64,000 bases of DNA from Candidatus Acidiferrales bacterium. Its GTDB lineage: Bacteria > Acidobacteriota > Terriglobia > Acidiferrales > UBA7541. The position numbers were made by a program, and so were the translations under genes. The notes below the pieces were generated by a model. The model worked only from the letters and a program-made list of their open reading frames with translations. It ran no database searches and had not been told where the DNA came from. The number at the start of each line of letters is the position of its first letter. The stretch's first letter is position 1. Positions 9,141 to 18,818 of this stretch are shown here, in pieces. The DNA lies in contig JBAWGF010000080.1 of assembly GCA_049592615.1 (NCBI GenBank), positions 1,206 to 65,205 on the forward strand. The letters run 5' to 3'.

Positions 9141-11125
9141 TCTCCGGAAGGGCGCGCAACCCGGTCGTATACACGAGCTTCGCGGAAAAGGCGGAACAAT
9201 TCGGGGTCAACTTCTTTCGCACGAACGCAATCGTCGAGAATTCCAAGAGCTCGCTCGATCGGCACGGCGCGCTTGTAAGGCCGGTCCGAGGCGGTGAGCG
9301 CGTCGAAAATATCGCAAATGGTCATCATTTTTGCCGGGAGAGGGATCTCATCGCCCCAGAGTTTGTATGGATAGCCCGAGCCATTCAGTTTCTCGTGGTG
9401 GGCGCGTGCAATTTCAGGAATCTTGATCAGCTCGCGAGTCCACGGAATTTGCGTGAGGAAATTAAATGTGTGGACGACGTGCGATTCAATCTGCTGCCTT
9501 TCGGATGGGTCGAGGCTTCCCTTGGGGATCGAAAGCAACCGGACCTCATCGGCACTGAGGTAGGGGCGCTCGACACCCTGAGGATCGAGAAAAGAATTCT
9601 GAGCGATCTCGCGCAGCAGTTTGAACTGTCCCTGTTCCAAAAGCGTCGGCTCGTTTGTATCCAGGATGAACTGGAAGTAGTCGTCGATTCTTTTCACGCG
9701 CTGGTCGAAGTCTTCGGTGAGTCGCGCGACTTCCGAAAGCGCATCGCCACGGTCGCGCTCGAGGAATACCTGGAGCTTTCGCCGCACCGTGCTTGCTTCG
9801 ATCTCCTTGCGGATGTAGTCGAATCGCTGATGAAGGAGCTCGAGTTGAAGTGGTTGGAGCTTTTTCGCTTTTACGAGGACTTCCTCACGCACGCCGACTT
9901 TTCCGAAGTCATGCAACAAAGCGGCGTAGCGGATTTCCTTCATCTGCTCGCGGTCAAAGCGCGCAGAAGAATAAGGACCGGTAGACTCTCCATCGACCGT
10001 CTCCGCCAGCCCCTGCGTGTAGGTGGCAACTCGGACCGAGTGTCCCGAAGTGGTGGGATCGCGCTGCTCAATGGCTGTAACGGCTGCTTGCACGAACCCT
10101 TCGAACAGCGATTCAATGTCTCCATAGAGCTTGCGATTTTCGTAGGCGACTGCCGCCTGTGAAGCAAGCGAAAGAGCCATACGAACTGCGCGCTCGCGGA
10201 ACGGCTGCACGTGCTTGGCGACATCCGCCGACGAGGTCAATCGCGCGGAAGGATTCCGCTTGGAATTGATTAGCTGCAAAATCCCCAGCACCTCGCCCTT
10301 CGGGTTGCGCATCGGCAGAGTCACGATGGAGCGCGTGCGGTAGCCCGTCTCCTGATCATAATATTCGTTGAACCGAAATGGACGGTCGCCCGGAATCTTA
10401 TAGGCATCGGCATAATTCAGCACTTCGCCGTGCAAGGCTGCGTAGCCGGCCATCGAGTCTTCCGCGAGAGGCAATGTGAATTCCTTGTAAGGAAAGTCGA
10501 GGCTGTCGTTTTGCGTAAGCACAAAGCGCAAATGATGCCGGCCACCGTCTTCGTCTTCGACCAGGTAGAGCGAGCCCGCGTCGGCGCCCGTGACTGCGCG
10601 TGCGTGCGAAAGAATCAAGGTGAGCAACTCGTGGACGTCGCGCTGAGAAGAAAGCGCAACTCCAATCTGGTTCAGCTGCTCACGCTCCCGCTCCGCAATC
10701 TTGAGGGCCTGCCGTGAGGCGCGCTCGCGTTCGGCCAGCTCGATATTTTGAAATGCAGCGGCGAGCGTCTTCTCAACAATGCCAGCGGGGGCACGCGAGG
10801 GAAGATAGGCAAAAACCGAGGGGCTTTTGTCGGCCGAAAGCAAGCCAGGTTGCCGAGAGGAGCGGCCGGGCCTCTCGGGAATGACGCCGATGACGCGCGA
10901 GCCATTGCCTGCGCGGCGAAATCTTGAAGGAAGCGCGAGACCGCCCGGCTTTATGTCCGCAAGCCAGACACTTGGTGCGCCATTCACCCGCGCAGCGAAA
11001 GAACCACGCGAGCCATTTTGCCCTGTCTTCGAAACGGGGTGGAGATCATAGTCCCTGCGCAGAGGGGCGACGAGCCTGGCGGCTGTCGAGCCTTCGAGAT
11101 ACCAGATTTGCCTCTTTGCGGACAT
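9137..11125 (-). CDS. GAF domain-containing HD-GYP phosphodiesterase (c-di-GMP-type) with an insertion inside the HD domain
   Basis: GAF-like segment (GADAGSLYLVE...GILQLIN). HD-GYP metal and signature motifs are GHSVRVA, LLHDFGK, HHEKLNGSGYP and DIFDALTASDRPYK. Confidence 0.85.
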   Translation of the reverse strand: MSAKRQIWYLEGSTAARLVAPLRRDYDLHPVSKTGQNGSRGSFAARVNGAPSVWLADIKPGGLALPSRFRRAGNGSRVIGVIPERPGRSSRQPGLLSADKSPSVFAYLPSRAPAGIVEKTLAAAFQNIELAERERASRQALKIAEREREQLNQIGVALSSQRDVHELLTLILSHARAVTGADAGSLYLVEDEDGGRHHLRFVLTQNDSLDFPYKEFTLPLAEDSMAGYAALHGEVLNYADAYKIPGDRPFRFNEYYDQETGYRTRSIVTLPMRNPKGEVLGILQLINSKRNPSARLTSSADVAKHVQPFRERAVRMALSLASQAAVAYENRKLYGDIESLFEGFVQAAVTAIEQRDPTTSGHSVRVATYTQGLAETVDGESTGPYSSARFDREQMKEIRYAALLHDFGKVGVREEVLVKAKKLQPLQLELLHQRFDYIRKEIEASTVRRKLQVFLERDRGDALSEVARLTEDFDQRVKRIDDYFQFILDTNEPTLLEQGQFKLLREIAQNSFLDPQGVERPYLSADEVRLLSIPKGSLDPSERQQIESHVVHTFNFLTQIPWTRELIKIPEIARAHHEKLNGSGYPYKLWGDEIPLPAKMMTICDIFDALTASDRPYKRAVPIERALGILDDCVRAKEVDPELFRLFREARVYDRVARPSGE

Positions 11126-11234
11126 GTGCTTCCCTGCTCTGCGGGGGTGCCCAAGTATAGCCGAAGCGGGCGGCGATGCAAGAGTTCCGCCTCGGGAAGG
11201 AGGGTCGCCAGCCAGCTGCCTTGTTGTTCTCGTC

Positions 11235-11263
11235 TTGAATCACGGGCAGCCGTTTGTTAGCCT
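11235..11263 (+). promoter_or_regulatory. Sigma-70-type promoter candidate for the CHASE2 cyclase gene
   Basis: TTGAAT-N17-TAGCCT with TGT immediately upstream of the -10 (extended -10-like). It lies 54 nt upstream of ATG 11317 and excludes the ORF-track start at 11254. Confidence 0.3.
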
Positions 11264-11316
11264 TCCGGGTACTTCGATTCTGGCTTCTCAGCGACACGCA
11301 GGAACCCACGCCCGTC

Positions 11317-13695
11317 ATGGCAAAAGGCATCCGCGAAAGAATCACCGGTATTTTCAAACTCTGGTGGAGGCACCGGATATCGTTTGCGATCAGCGTGGTT
11401 GTGACGCTAGTGGGACTGTTCATCTATTACCGCACGTTCCTCGGCGAGCAACCCCTCCCTTTTTCAGATTTCATCTCACGTCTGGAATACGACAGCCTCG
11501 ATCTGCGTTTCCAGTTGCGCGGCAAATGGAAGCCCGATCCGCGCATCGTGATCGTGGATATCGACCAGCATTCGCAGGAAGCTCTCGGTCGCTGGCCATT
11601 CTCCCGGCATTCGGACGCACAGCTCGTCGATGCACTCCGCGATGACGGAGCGCGCGTCGCAGCCTTCGATGTTACTTTCAGCCAACCAGACAAGGCCGCG
11701 GCGCCCCTCCAGCAATTGTCCGCCCAACTGGAAGGACAAAGAAAAAAAGGAGAGCCGGTAGATCCCAAGCTGCTCAAGGAGATCGCGCGTCTTGAAGCGC
11801 AATACGACTACGACAAGGAATTTGCCACCGCCATTGAGCGATTCGGAAAAGTTGTCCTTGGGAATTATTTCTTGTACACGCGTGCCGACATTCAAGGCGT
11901 TACAACCGAAGAGCTCAACCGCTACGCGAATTCGCTCGCATACTTTCCGTTTCCACAGGTGATCGCGCTGCCTTCAGCGGGCAAGGACGGCCTCGTTCAC
12001 CTGATCGAGAAATACGAAGCTCAAGACCTCCTGCCGCTCGGTGCCGAAGCCAACATCGATGTCCTGACCAGCACAGTCGCCGGAGAAAAGGGCGGCACCG
12101 GATTCTTCACTGTCGTCACCGACCCCGACACGGTTGTGCGGCACGCCCCTCTCGCGCTCCCATATGGACGCGACCCCGATAAGGCTAACTGGGACCTGTA
12201 CGCCTCCATGGATGTGCAGGCCCTTCGCATCTACCTCGGACTCACAAATCAGCAGATCATTCTCAATTACGGCGACGCCGGAGTCGTAAGCATCGAATTC
12301 GGTCCTAACCTTATCGTGTATCCTGACCCCATCAGCCGATTGCTCGTAAACTACCATGGGCCAACGCGGACGTACCCCTACGTTTCGTTCTCCGATGTGG
12401 TGCAACACAAATTCCCTCCCGGTACTTTCAAAGACAAAATCGTGCTTGTCGGAGCCTCGGCGACGGGAATCGGAGATCTGCGCGCCACTCCATTCGGCAG
12501 TCTCGACTATCCCGGCGTCGAAATCCACGCCAACGTGATCGACAACATTTTGAATCAGCAGTTCCTAGTGCGACACGGGCCGCAAGTAATCGCCGACGCG
12601 AGCGCAATCCTTTTCTTCGGTCTTCCTTTCGGAATCCTGCTCGCGCTCGTTCCCCCGCGCTGGCTTGTGGCCAGCGTCGCAGTGCTGGCAGGTTTCATGG
12701 GACTAATCTACTGGGCCTTCTTGCACGGCTGGTGGCTGAACCTGATCGTGCCCGCAGTCACTCTTATCGCGAACTCGGGCTTCGTAGCACTCTACCGCGT
12801 GCTCGTCGAAGAAGGGGAAAAGCGCAAAGTGCGCGGTGCATTTGGCCAGTACGTGAGCCCCGAAGTCGTGCGCCGATTGCTCGAGGAACCCGAAAGCGTT
12901 CAGCCGCGCAAAACCGCCATTACTGTGCTCTTCAGCGATGTCCGCGGATTCACAACAATTTCCGAGGCCCTCGACGCGCAGGAGATGGCGTACCTCCTGA
13001 ATGGATACCTGACGGAGATGACGAAAATCATCTTTCGCAACCGGGGCACGCTCGACAAGTACATTGGTGACGCTGTTATGGCGTTTTGGGGCGCCCCGTT
13101 TGCCGAACCGGGTCATGCCGACCGGTGTTGCGAAACAGCTATCCTAATGCACGCGCGGCTCGCGGAACTTCACTCGGAATGGCGCGCGAAAGGACTCCCG
13201 GTTCTTGAAATCGGCGTCGGAATCAACACGGGCACAGCTTCGGTCGGAAACATGGGGTCCGCTCTGCGTTACGGATACACAGCCATCGGCGACGCAGTCA
13301 ATCTTGCATCGCGGCTTGAAGGTCTCAACAAAGAGTACGGCACGCGCATCCTGATTACGGAATCCACCTATATCACTCTGCAGAGCGCAAGCTTTCAGGT
13401 GCGGGAGCTGGATTTAATCCGCGTCAAAGGTAAACTACTCCCCGTGACGATTTACGAGATTCTCACCGGTAAGCTGGCGAGCGAAGATGGAGCGGAACTC
13501 ATCAAGCTCTTCACCAAGGGGCGCGAAGCGTACAAGATGCGCGAATGGAAGGCCGCCAAGGATACGTTTGAAGACGTCCTGCACCGTTGGCCGGAGGACG
13601 GTCCCGCCCGCGTGTTCCACGAGCGTTGCGAGGAATACCTCGTCAAAGAACCTCCTACCGATTGGGAAGGCGTGTACGTAATGACGCACAAGTGA
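11317..13695 (+). CDS. CHASE2 sensor, membrane-anchored class III adenylate/guanylate cyclase
   Basis: N-terminal TM helix, then a ~330-aa extracytoplasmic CHASE2-like region (VIVDIDQHSQEALGRWPFSR), then 3 TM helices. Cyclase motifs are VLFSDVRGFTTISE, DKYIGDAVMAFWGAP and GDAVNLASRLEGL. There is a helical C-terminal tail. Confidence 0.85.
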   Translation: MAKGIRERITGIFKLWWRHRISFAISVVVTLVGLFIYYRTFLGEQPLPFSDFISRLEYDSLDLRFQLRGKWKPDPRIVIVDIDQHSQEALGRWPFSRHSDAQLVDALRDDGARVAAFDVTFSQPDKAAAPLQQLSAQLEGQRKKGEPVDPKLLKEIARLEAQYDYDKEFATAIERFGKVVLGNYFLYTRADIQGVTTEELNRYANSLAYFPFPQVIALPSAGKDGLVHLIEKYEAQDLLPLGAEANIDVLTSTVAGEKGGTGFFTVVTDPDTVVRHAPLALPYGRDPDKANWDLYASMDVQALRIYLGLTNQQIILNYGDAGVVSIEFGPNLIVYPDPISRLLVNYHGPTRTYPYVSFSDVVQHKFPPGTFKDKIVLVGASATGIGDLRATPFGSLDYPGVEIHANVIDNILNQQFLVRHGPQVIADASAILFFGLPFGILLALVPPRWLVASVAVLAGFMGLIYWAFLHGWWLNLIVPAVTLIANSGFVALYRVLVEEGEKRKVRGAFGQYVSPEVVRRLLEEPESVQPRKTAITVLFSDVRGFTTISEALDAQEMAYLLNGYLTEMTKIIFRNRGTLDKYIGDAVMAFWGAPFAEPGHADRCCETAILMHARLAELHSEWRAKGLPVLEIGVGINTGTASVGNMGSALRYGYTAIGDAVNLASRLEGLNKEYGTRILITESTYITLQSASFQVRELDLIRVKGKLLPVTIYEILTGKLASEDGAELIKLFTKGREAYKMREWKAAKDTFEDVLHRWPEDGPARVFHERCEEYLVKEPPTDWEGVYVMTHK

Positions 13696-13712
13696 GCGGA
13701 GGAAGCTGCGTG

Positions 13713-14543
13713 CTACTCGTCAAGACGGACAACGAAAGTGGTCACCTGCTCGCTCGAGCGCAACTGATCGGCAAGACGACGAGCGGCGGCTTCACTTGGC
13801 AGCCGTCCCGCGCGTACTCGATAGAACAATCCATCCGGCGAATCGTACGTCACGATGGTCACGGGCGAGTAGCGCGCTTCAAGTTGCGCCTTCAACCGTT
13901 CGGCATTCTCCCGCACGAGGAACGCGCCTACTTGTACGCAGAAGAATCCGATCTGCGGATTCGGTCCCGAAAGAATTTCCAGACGAACGGGCGCTGTCCC
14001 GGTGCCGATCATTTCAATCGCTTGAGCCGCGGCCATCGATAAATCAATGACGCGGTTTGCCACGAAGGGGCCGCGATCGTTGATCCGTACCTCGATCTGC
14101 CTTCCATTGCGTAGATTCGTCACGCGGACAATCGCGCCAAAGGGCAGCGTGCGATGCGCCGCCGTGAATTGGCGCATGTCGTAGATTTCACCATTTGACG
14201 TTCGGCGACCGTGAAACGGGATGCCGTACCACGACGCCACGCCCTCTTCGAGGTATTGTCCCGACAAAGCCGGATTTCTTTCGGCGGCGGGAGGCGGACC
14301 GGCCACCGGCGGGGCTTCCGGCGGAAGAGTCGGCGTGGTTTCGGAAGTGGGCGTTTGCGCGGGAGGCCGTGTGACGCGCGGATGATGTGCGCATCCGGCG
14401 GCACTAAGTATCGTGATTGCTAACGCAGTGCTAAGTTGTGTGAATATCGTCCACTCATGGAAGAGGATCAACTCCGGTTGTCGGCGAAGTTTCTGTGGCC
14501 GGGGAGAGGGCCTCACGCAGGCTCCCGCTTCACTTGTATTCAC
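13713..14543 (-). CDS. rlpA: Septal ring lytic transglycosylase RlpA-family lipoprotein with a C-terminal SPOR domain
   Basis: Lipobox-like LSAAGC; DPBB core ASWYGIPFHGRRTSNGEIYD...TAAHRTLPFGAIVRVTNLRNGRQIEVRINDRGPF; SPOR-like FCVQVGAF...YRVRAG. The exact start is uncertain. Confidence 0.85.
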   Translation of the reverse strand: MNTSEAGACVRPSPRPQKLRRQPELILFHEWTIFTQLSTALAITILSAAGCAHHPRVTRPPAQTPTSETTPTLPPEAPPVAGPPPAAERNPALSGQYLEEGVASWYGIPFHGRRTSNGEIYDMRQFTAAHRTLPFGAIVRVTNLRNGRQIEVRINDRGPFVANRVIDLSMAAAQAIEMIGTGTAPVRLEILSGPNPQIGFFCVQVGAFLVRENAERLKAQLEARYSPVTIVTYDSPDGLFYRVRAGRLPSEAAARRLADQLRSSEQVTTFVVRLDE

Positions 14544-14610
14544 CCATTTTCTGTATTATAGGAACGCTCTCAAATTCTCGCAAGGAAGCCTATTGCCGCT
14601 CTCGCCGCGA

Positions 14611-15525
14611 ATGCGTTGGAAGCTCGATCGATTGCGTGAACAGATGAAGGGCATCTTTGGCGGCCGCCGCGAGGATGCTCGTCCGAGGCTTTGCCCCGCT
14701 TGCGGTACGCTGGTCGGCTCGACCGCCACTCGTTGCCATCAATGCGGCGCGAGCATGACGTTTTCAATCGCCGCCGCCAGCCGCTCGCTTGAAAAGCTGG
14801 TGCCGACGACGTCCCCTGTCACCTACGGAATCCTGAGCTTGAGCTGTGTGCTTTATGGCTTGTGCCTGCTCGCGACCCTACGTTTAACCGGCCTTCAGCC
14901 GCCGGCGGGTGGAGGACTCTTCGCGCTTTTCAACCTCGGGGGAATTGGCGGAAGCGTCCTGGCGCGGTTCGGCGCTTCGTTGCCGCTGTCTTTCAACCTC
15001 GCGGAGCCGTGGCGATTCGTCACCGCCGTGTTCTTGCACGGCAGTTTGATGCACATCGCATTCAACATGTGGGTGCTGATGGACATCGGCCCGCAAATCG
15101 AAGAGCTATACGGCTCGGGGCGATACCTTTTCATTTATGTCTTGACCGGAATCGGCGGTTACTTGCTGAGCAGCTTTGGGGGTCATTTCAGCGTGGGAGG
15201 GTCAGGAGCACTGCTTGGGTTGATCGGCGTGCTTCTCGCGATCACGACTGGGCGCCGTAGTGCCTCTTTGCAGATGCTCCGTACGCAACTCATCCGCTGG
15301 TTGATCTACATCCTCATATTTGGATTGGTGGTTTCTGGAATCGACAACTACGCGCACTTTGGTGGTCTCGCAACCGGATATGTTCTCGGAAAGATCATGA
15401 CCGATAGGCCCCCTGTTTCGCCGGAGGAGCGGAAGCGGGCGTACTTGTTCGGCTGGGGCTCTGCACTTGTCGTGCTGGCGAGCTTTGCGATGATTGCCCT
15501 TCAGGTCCTAAGACCCCCACAGTAG
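14611..15525 (+). CDS. Rhomboid-family intramembrane serine protease with an N-terminal zinc ribbon
   Basis: CPACG...CHQCG ribbon; TM helices with HGSLMHIAFNM and GGSGALLGLIG (GxSG) motifs, plus a later AHFGG. ATG 14611 is chosen as start. Confidence 0.8.
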   Translation: MRWKLDRLREQMKGIFGGRREDARPRLCPACGTLVGSTATRCHQCGASMTFSIAAASRSLEKLVPTTSPVTYGILSLSCVLYGLCLLATLRLTGLQPPAGGGLFALFNLGGIGGSVLARFGASLPLSFNLAEPWRFVTAVFLHGSLMHIAFNMWVLMDIGPQIEELYGSGRYLFIYVLTGIGGYLLSSFGGHFSVGGSGALLGLIGVLLAITTGRRSASLQMLRTQLIRWLIYILIFGLVVSGIDNYAHFGGLATGYVLGKIMTDRPPVSPEERKRAYLFGWGSALVVLASFAMIALQVLRPPQ

Positions 15526-15533
15526 CAGCGCGG

Positions 15534-16088
15534 TCATTCCCCGGCGTGGAGCCGCCGCGCCACCACAATGCTGTAATGCAGCCATGAAACCAACACAAAA
15601 GCGGCAACTAAATACGTGCATGCGTGCCGCACAATCCAGAGGAATTCGTTATCCCGGATCGCCAGCACCAGGACCAGAACGATCAGGAGAATTTCAAAAA
15701 ACGTTGTCGCCTTGCCGAAGATACTCGGCGGGAACGGCCGATATCCGACCGTTATGAGGATGGCGGCCGCAGCGATCAGCATGAGGACGTCGCGACTAAG
15801 AACGAGAATCGTCAGCCACCAACGGATTTTCCCGTGCAACGCCAGTACCAGGTAAGACGACATCATCAGCAGCTTGTCCGCAATTGGATCGAGATACGCG
15901 CCGAGTGGCGTCCTCTGATTCAATCCGCGCGCGAGCAGGCCGTCGAGCGCATCGCTCACTCCCGCTGCGACGAGAATGATGAGAGCCAAACCGTACCACT
16001 CGTAATGGATTGCGATGATGAAGAACGGAAGGAACGCGAGACGCAGGAAAGTGAGCTGATTCGGGACGGTCAAGATTCGGCTGTTCAT
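15534..16088 (-). CDS. pgsA: CDP-diacylglycerol--glycerol-3-phosphate 3-phosphatidyltransferase (CDP-alcohol phosphatidyltransferase family)
   Basis: Motif DALDGLLARGLNQRTPLGAYLDPIADK (DGx2ARx8Gx3Dx3D) in a 184-aa polytopic membrane protein. Confidence 0.85.
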   Translation of the reverse strand: MNSRILTVPNQLTFLRLAFLPFFIIAIHYEWYGLALIILVAAGVSDALDGLLARGLNQRTPLGAYLDPIADKLLMMSSYLVLALHGKIRWWLTILVLSRDVLMLIAAAAILITVGYRPFPPSIFGKATTFFEILLIVLVLVLAIRDNEFLWIVRHACTYLVAAFVLVSWLHYSIVVARRLHAGE

Positions 16089-16120
16089 GAGGTTGTCCAG
16101 GCAGTTGCGCGCGAACTCGA

Positions 16121-16429
16121 TCAGACAAATTGGGCCAGGTAGTCCGGCAGCGAACGGCCCACCTTCTTCTCGAATACTTCTGCAAGCGATGGAATGGAAC
16201 CGCGAGCCTCGTCGAGCGCAATTCGCTCAATACGCAGCATCGGAAAAAACAGCGTCGGCAAGCCCATGCGGTCGCCCTCCGGATGCAATACCTGGCGCAC
16301 GAAGTCGTCGAACGAGCTCAAATCGATTCCGCGCAACAACACCCCGGCAGTTGAAACGTCCAGCAGTTCTCCCCAGAGTTTTTCCTTTGGGTTTTGCAAG
16401 CTCACCACCACGATCGAATGCGGCTCCAT
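16121..16429 (-). CDS. Hypothetical protein (102 aa)
   Basis: An ORF in an operon-like position between scoB and pgsA. ATG 16429 is preceded by AGGAGAGGCG. I recognise no domain. Confidence 0.5.
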   Translation of the reverse strand: MEPHSIVVVSLQNPKEKLWGELLDVSTAGVLLRGIDLSSFDDFVRQVLHPEGDRMGLPTLFFPMLRIERIALDEARGSIPSLAEVFEKKVGRSLPDYLAQFV

Positions 16430-16527
16430 CGCCTCTCCTGAGAGACTTTGCACGCGTAATCTTATCGCAGGTTGCTCGCCGTCGCGAATCGGATCGGGGC
16501 GCAACAGTTATCTTTTGCCGATGCCCG

Positions 16528-17193
16528 TCACCCTGGCATTGTTTTCAGATTGGGTGCGCGGAGAAGCGAGGGCTCGGTCGCTTTTTGCACGTCTTCGGGC
16601 GTGACTCCCGGAGCAACTTCACGCAGCACCAAACCTCCGGACGTGACCTCGATCACGCCGAGTTCCGTCACAATCAGGTCCACCACACCCACGCCCGTCA
16701 GCGGCAGGGTGCAACGCTTCACGATCTTTGCTCCGCCCTCTTTCGTCGTATGTTCCATTGCAATAATGACGCGCTTCGCCCCCGCGACGAGATCCATCGC
16801 ACCACCCATGCCCTTCAACATTTTCCCCGGGATGGCCCAGTTTGCGAGGTTGCCCTTTTCATCCACCTGGAGCGCGCCAAGGACCGTGACGTGGATTCGA
16901 CCGCTGCGAATCATGCCGAATGAATCAGCGCTCGAAAAATAGGAACAGCCGGGAATCTCGGTAATTGTTTCCTTGCCGGCGTTAATGAGGTCCGCGTCTT
17001 CTTCGCCTTCGAAGGGATACGCGCCGATGCCGAGCATGCCGTTCTCCGACTGGAGCACGACCTCCATGCCCGGCGGGAGATAATTCGGGATCAGCGTCGG
17101 CAAGCCTATGCCGAGATTGACGTAATACCCGTCGCGCAATTCCTGCGCCACGCGCCGCGCGATCAATTCACGTTTATCAACTTTCGGAGCCAT
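16528..17193 (-). CDS. scoB: 3-oxoacid CoA-transferase subunit B
   Basis: [33 protein letters not shown]...SENG... is typical of the family I CoA-transferase beta subunit. ATG 17193 is preceded by GGAGGA, 8 nt after the scoA stop. Confidence 0.85.
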   Translation of the reverse strand: MAPKVDKRELIARRVAQELRDGYYVNLGIGLPTLIPNYLPPGMEVVLQSENGMLGIGAYPFEGEEDADLINAGKETITEIPGCSYFSSADSFGMIRSGRIHVTVLGALQVDEKGNLANWAIPGKMLKGMGGAMDLVAGAKRVIIAMEHTTKEGGAKIVKRCTLPLTGVGVVDLIVTELGVIEVTSGGLVLREVAPGVTPEDVQKATEPSLLRAPNLKTMPG

Positions 17194-17201
17194 CGGTCCT
17201 C

Positions 17202-17906
17202 CTATGCCCGTTTGCGGACCGTTCGCCTCTCGATCCGCTTCAAGTAATTTGTGCCCTGAAAAATTGCGTCCACGAAAATTCCCGGCGTGTGAACGCCATC
17301 CGGGTCCAGCTTGCCCAGCTCGACGATTTCCTCGACCTCGGCAATGACGTAGTCCGCTGCCGTGGCCATCACCGAATTGTAGTTGCGTGCCGTTTTGCGA
17401 TAGACCAGATTGCCCCAGCGATCGCCTTTCCATGCCTTGATGAAAGCGAAATCCCCGCGCAGCGCGGGGACCATAACGTGCGGCCGGCCGTTGAAATCGC
17501 GAATCTCTTTTCCCTCTGCTGCCATGGTGCCGTATCCGGTGGGCGTGAAAAAAGCGGGGATCCCCGCGCCACCGGCGCGAATCCGCTCGGCAAGCGTTCC
17601 CTGAGGGTTCAGCTCGACCTCGAGTTCCTTTTTTAATGCGAGCTGCTCGAATGTTTTGTTCTCGCCGACGTAGCTCGCGATCATTTTCTTTACTTGTCTG
17701 GTCTGGAGCAAAAGGCCGATCCCGAAATCGTCCACGCCGGCATTATTCGACACCAGCGTCAAATCCCTGGTGCCTTTGGTGCGAAGCGCGGCGATGAGAT
17801 TTTCCGGGATGCCGCACAGACCGAATCCGCCAAGCAGGATCGTCGCTCCGTCCTGTATGCGGGCGATGGCTGTTTCCGCGTTTGCTACGCGTTTGTCCAT
17901 CCGCAT
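17202..17906 (-). CDS. scoA: 3-oxoacid CoA-transferase subunit A
   Basis: [22 protein letters not shown]...[12 protein letters not shown] is typical of the alpha subunit. Confidence 0.85.
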   Translation of the reverse strand: MRMDKRVANAETAIARIQDGATILLGGFGLCGIPENLIAALRTKGTRDLTLVSNNAGVDDFGIGLLLQTRQVKKMIASYVGENKTFEQLALKKELEVELNPQGTLAERIRAGGAGIPAFFTPTGYGTMAAEGKEIRDFNGRPHVMVPALRGDFAFIKAWKGDRWGNLVYRKTARNYNSVMATAADYVIAEVEEIVELGKLDPDGVHTPGIFVDAIFQGTNYLKRIERRTVRKRA

Positions 17907-17948
17907 CTCCTCGATTCACGATTGCATTCAATCAATGCGGAGAGAAGT

Positions 17949-18815
17949 TTACTGCAACTTGTGAAGGATTTTGTAAAGTTCATTCGCGGCGAGGAATTCC
18001 GTCTCGAGTTCCTTGCTCGAAAGCCGCGTGCGAAGGTGATCGACAGCCTGTGCCAGCCGGTCGAGCGAAAGAGAGATGTTTTCCGTGTTCGTGAGGCAGA
18101 TGTCGCGCCAGACGCTATAGGGGCTGCCCGCGAGGCGAAGCACATCGCGAAGGCCGCTTCCGGCAAGGGTGACGGGTAACCCTGACTCATCGGTTTCATC
18201 CTGCACCACGCGCGCCAGTGCGAGCGATAGAAGTTGCGGAAGATGCGAGACGATCCCGACGGCCCAGTCGTGCGTTTCCGCATCGCACCAAACCGGCGCG
18301 GCACCAATTTTGCGAAGCAAAGCTGCAAATGTTTCTACGCGCAGGTCGCCATCGTTCTCCGCACCCATCAACGCATAGTGCGCGCCGCGAAATAACTCGG
18401 AGTCGGCGTGCTCGATCCCCGAGGACTCTTGTCCGGCCATCGGGTGACCACCGAGAAACCTCGGGCCATTTCGAAAATGTTCCCGCGCGATTCGGCAGAT
18501 TACATGTTTTGTGCTGCATGCATCGGTAACCAGCGCGTTCGGTTCGGCATGAGACGCGATCGCTGGAATTGCGTCGATCGCCGCTCCAACGGGCAACGCG
18601 ACATAAACAAGGTCCGCTCCGCGAACGGCACTGATCAAATCCGGAGCTTGCTCGTGTACCACGCGGTGCGCAACCGCGCGATTGAGCACGTCCGGCCGAT
18701 CGAATCCAATCGTGGAGGCGCTGGGGTGGTGCTTGCGCACGGCGAGCGCGAACGATCCGCCGATGAGGCCCGTGCCAAGGATGGCCACGCGATGAAACGG
18801 CGCAGCGTCTCCCAT
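17949..18815 (-). CDS. tyrA: Prephenate (or arogenate) dehydrogenase
   Basis: Rossmann motif VAILGTGLIGGSFALAVRK, downstream GGHPMAG motif, and context in an aromatic-amino-acid operon. Confidence 0.8.
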   Translation of the reverse strand: MGDAAPFHRVAILGTGLIGGSFALAVRKHHPSASTIGFDRPDVLNRAVAHRVVHEQAPDLISAVRGADLVYVALPVGAAIDAIPAIASHAEPNALVTDACSTKHVICRIAREHFRNGPRFLGGHPMAGQESSGIEHADSELFRGAHYALMGAENDGDLRVETFAALLRKIGAAPVWCDAETHDWAVGIVSHLPQLLSLALARVVQDETDESGLPVTLAGSGLRDVLRLAGSPYSVWRDICLTNTENISLSLDRLAQAVDHLRTRLSSKELETEFLAANELYKILHKLQ

Positions 18816-18818
18816 GAT

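Noticed and set aside
8906-10162. 418-aa plus-strand ORF antisense to the HD-GYP gene. Similar long shadow ORFs lie at 4603-5511, 16087-16923, 19932-20735, 21648-22391, 26778-27809, 27736-28893, 37283-38371, 40018-41070 and 60992-62167.
   Set aside because: High-GC genomes produce long stop-free frames opposite or out of frame to real genes. These translations are Arg/Ala/Pro/Gly-rich with no motifs, whereas the overlapping frame carries unmistakable family motifs in each case.
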